Assembly (NCBI GenBank): GCA_023666145.1
Contig: JAMPCO010000002.1
Coordinates: 2,023-66,022 of the forward strand
From: Prevotella sp.
GTDB lineage: Bacteria; Bacillota; Clostridia; Christensenellales; UBA1242
Length of the DNA stretch: 64,000 nucleotides
Direction of reading: 5' to 3'
In this document: positions 62,298 through 64,000 of the stretch, piece by piece
Layout of the letters: each line of letters starts with the position of its first letter
Numbering within the stretch: the stretch's first letter is position 1
Made by a program: the position numbers and the translations under genes
Notes under the pieces: generated by a model
What the model was told of the DNA's origin: nothing
Database searches by the model: none
Seen by the model: the letters and a program-made list of their open reading frames with translations, nothing else

Positions 62298-63791
62298 ATG
62301 TGTATGCGCGCGTTTACCAAATCTGTGCTTGTGATTACCGCGTTTGCCGCCTTAACGCGCTTAATCGGTTTTGTTTTTCGGATTTTTTTGTCGCGGTTGT
62401 TGGGTGCCGAAATGTTGGGGATTTACCAAATGGCACTCAGCATTTTCATGATTTTGCTGACAGTGATCAGTAGCGGACTGCCCTTAGTAATTTCACGCGA
62501 AGTCGCCAAACGTCCCAAAAACAGTGCGGACATCCGTTCCTTGACCGTGGCAGGATTATTGATTGGTGTCATCACTTCCCTGTTGTTGTGTGGCGTAGTT
62601 TTGTTAGGTCACAATTTATTTGGCCTAATTTTTACCGACCAACGTTGTCTCGGAATTTTGTTTGCCATGTTACCTGCCTTAATCGCCAGCAGCGTATACA
62701 GCGTCTTGCGTGCCATTTGGTGGGGCGAAAAAAAATTCTTTCTGCTCGGGTTGACAGAGTTAATTGAACAAATTGCCCGTGTCGCGTTGTTTGTCCCCTT
62801 ACTGGGTTTTGCCTTTTATTTTGCCGACTTGGCACATGTCGCAGCGTGGGCTTTCACTGGGGCGTGCATTGTTTCCGCGCTGGTCGTGGTCATCATTTTT
62901 TGGCGCTGCCACCATTGGGAACGTGCGCCAATTCGTCCACAAACATTTGTTAAGCCCCTACTCAAAGCCGCCACACCAATTACGGGTGTACGTCTGTTTT
63001 CCAGTCTGACTGTCCCCGTGGTGACGGTTTTACTGCCACTGCGGTTGGTGGCAGCAGGTTGGCAAAATGCTACCGCGATTGCCCATTTAGGCGTGATTAC
63101 GGGGATGACACTGCCCTTATTGACCATTCCGTCAACCGTAATTTCTTCTTTGGCGACTGCCTTGGTTCCCGAACTTTCCAACATGATTAACGCACAACAA
63201 TGGCCCGCTGTACGCCGCCAGATTCGCACCGTGTTGAACTTTACCATCTTTATCAACTTCTGTTTCATCCCGCTCTATATCGCCCTAGGTTCCCAAATTG
63301 GCACCTTTTTGTACGCTGACGCGAACAGTGGCATTTATTTGGCCCGTTCGGCGTGGGTCATGTTACCGATGTCGTTGTCGCAAATTACCAACACAACTTT
63401 GAATGCCATGAACCGCGAAAACGTTACGATCCGAAATTACGCCATCGGCACCGTGTTATTGTTGTTCATCATTTGGTTGATGCCCGCTGTGATTGGACCA
63501 GATGCCGTTTTATTGGGTATGGGACTGGCAATGACGGTTTCCACAGTTTTGAATTTGATGACAATCCGCCAAGCCACTAACTGGCGCGGTGCCGATGCAA
63601 CTCTGCCCACGATTATCCGCTATTTAGTCATTGGCGTTCCTGTTTTCGCTCTTGGTTATTTTACGTTTCAATTGACAGCCCCTTTGCCTTTGCTGGTCAA
63701 TTTATTGTTATCTGGCGGGTTGGCGGAATTAGCGTTCTTTGGTTTATGTTGGGCAACTAATTTGATTACAATTCCCATTAAGCGTCAATAA
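62298..63791 (+). CDS. MOP-superfamily flippase (SpoVB/MurJ-like polysaccharide or lipid II flippase)
   Basis: Polytopic. The N-terminus M(CM)RAFTKSVLVITAFAALTRLIGFVFRIFLSRLLGAEMLGIYQMALSIF follows the SpoVB/MurJ N-terminal pattern. The track start at 62205 adds an implausible 31-aa extension. Confidence 0.75.
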   Translation: MCMRAFTKSVLVITAFAALTRLIGFVFRIFLSRLLGAEMLGIYQMALSIFMILLTVISSGLPLVISREVAKRPKNSADIRSLTVAGLLIGVITSLLLCGVVLLGHNLFGLIFTDQRCLGILFAMLPALIASSVYSVLRAIWWGEKKFFLLGLTELIEQIARVALFVPLLGFAFYFADLAHVAAWAFTGACIVSALVVVIIFWRCHHWERAPIRPQTFVKPLLKAATPITGVRLFSSLTVPVVTVLLPLRLVAAGWQNATAIAHLGVITGMTLPLLTIPSTVISSLATALVPELSNMINAQQWPAVRRQIRTVLNFTIFINFCFIPLYIALGSQIGTFLYADANSGIYLARSAWVMLPMSLSQITNTTLNAMNRENVTIRNYAIGTVLLLFIIWLMPAVIGPDAVLLGMGLAMTVSTVLNLMTIRQATNWRGADATLPTIIRYLVIGVPVFALGYFTFQLTAPLPLLVNLLLSGGLAELAFFGLCWATNLITIPIKRQ

Positions 63792-63799
63792 ATTAAGCA

Positions 63800-64000
63800 A
63801 TGCTTACCATTGTGATTCGTGTCATCATTATTTACGTCATTGCGATTGTCGTCATGCGTTTAATGGGCAAACGCCAAATTGGCGAAATGGAGCCATTTGA
63901 ACTGGTAATAACCTTGATTATCGCTGACCTAGCCACCATTCCCATGGCAGACCCCACCATTCCCATTTGGTACGGAATTTTACCTTTACTGGTCATTCAG
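63800..64000 (+). CDS. Partial CDS: DUF421 (YetF-like) membrane protein, N-terminus only
   Basis: My translation from the ATG at 63800 is MLTIVIRVIIIYVIAIVVMRLMGKRQIGEMEPFELVITLIIADLATIPMAD..., which is the characteristic DUF421 N-terminus. The ORF runs off the right edge. Confidence 0.65.
   Translation, partial: MLTIVIRVIIIYVIAIVVMRLMGKRQIGEMEPFELVITLIIADLATIPMADPTIPIWYGILPLLVIQ

Noticed and set aside
62114-62320. 68-aa minus-strand ORF with a faint HTH-like stretch
   Set aside because: It has no SD. It overlaps the end of the 140-aa gene and the flippase promoter and start. The HTH resemblance is weak. It is kept only as a remark in a finding.
1-64000. CRISPR arrays, IS elements or transposases, prophage genes, and an alternative genetic code
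   Set aside because: I saw no regularly spaced short direct repeats and no transposase- or integrase-like translations. TGA is used as a stop (for example at 61705-61707) and the giant ORFs are open under the standard code, so code 11 fits.

Overview
The window reads as a Bacillota-like chromosome. This is an inference from a ylxR-type gene after nusA, genomically encoded CCA on all tRNAs, a UgtP-like glycolipid synthase, a SpoVB/MurJ-like flippase, a tmRNA tag ending YALAA, and many TTGACA-N17-TATAAT promoters. No database search was possible, so all product calls rest on motifs I recognise in the translations. Standard code 11 fits.

The left third (1-21 kb) is mostly housekeeping:
- an AT-rich partial gene next to tRNA-Ser
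- a GT28 glycolipid synthase
- ylxR-nusA-rimP
- tRNA-Leu and tRNA-Met(CAT), followed by a tRNA 3'-half scar
- hsp20
- a small cluster of uncharacterised envelope proteins
- tmRNA
- an M19-M14 peptidase fusion
- a recD2-pheS-pheT operon ending in a DAC-like gene

The right two thirds (21-62 kb) are an envelope-directed locus:
- a 6753-aa ORF (20.3 kb) and a 2614-aa ORF (7.8 kb), each with its own consensus promoter, and the two sharing a leader motif
- a membrane-anchored beta-helix-like protein
- two tandem CPBP intramembrane proteases, with tadA next to them
- an MBL hydrolase encoded on the opposite strand
- an orphan VirD4/TraG-type coupling ATPase with no other conjugation gene in view
- a Ppx/GppA gene and a nucleoside phosphorylase gene
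- divergently, an 893-aa anchored jelly-roll-like protein, two small anchored proteins and a MOP flippase

The most interesting candidate is this megaprotein plus orphan coupling-ATPase locus. Within it, the 6753-aa protein carries at least eleven diverged tandem modules of about 210-265 aa that I cannot assign to any family. A secondary theme is a recurring -10 hexamer placed 6-7 nt before the ATG at several genes, which suggests leaderless mRNAs.
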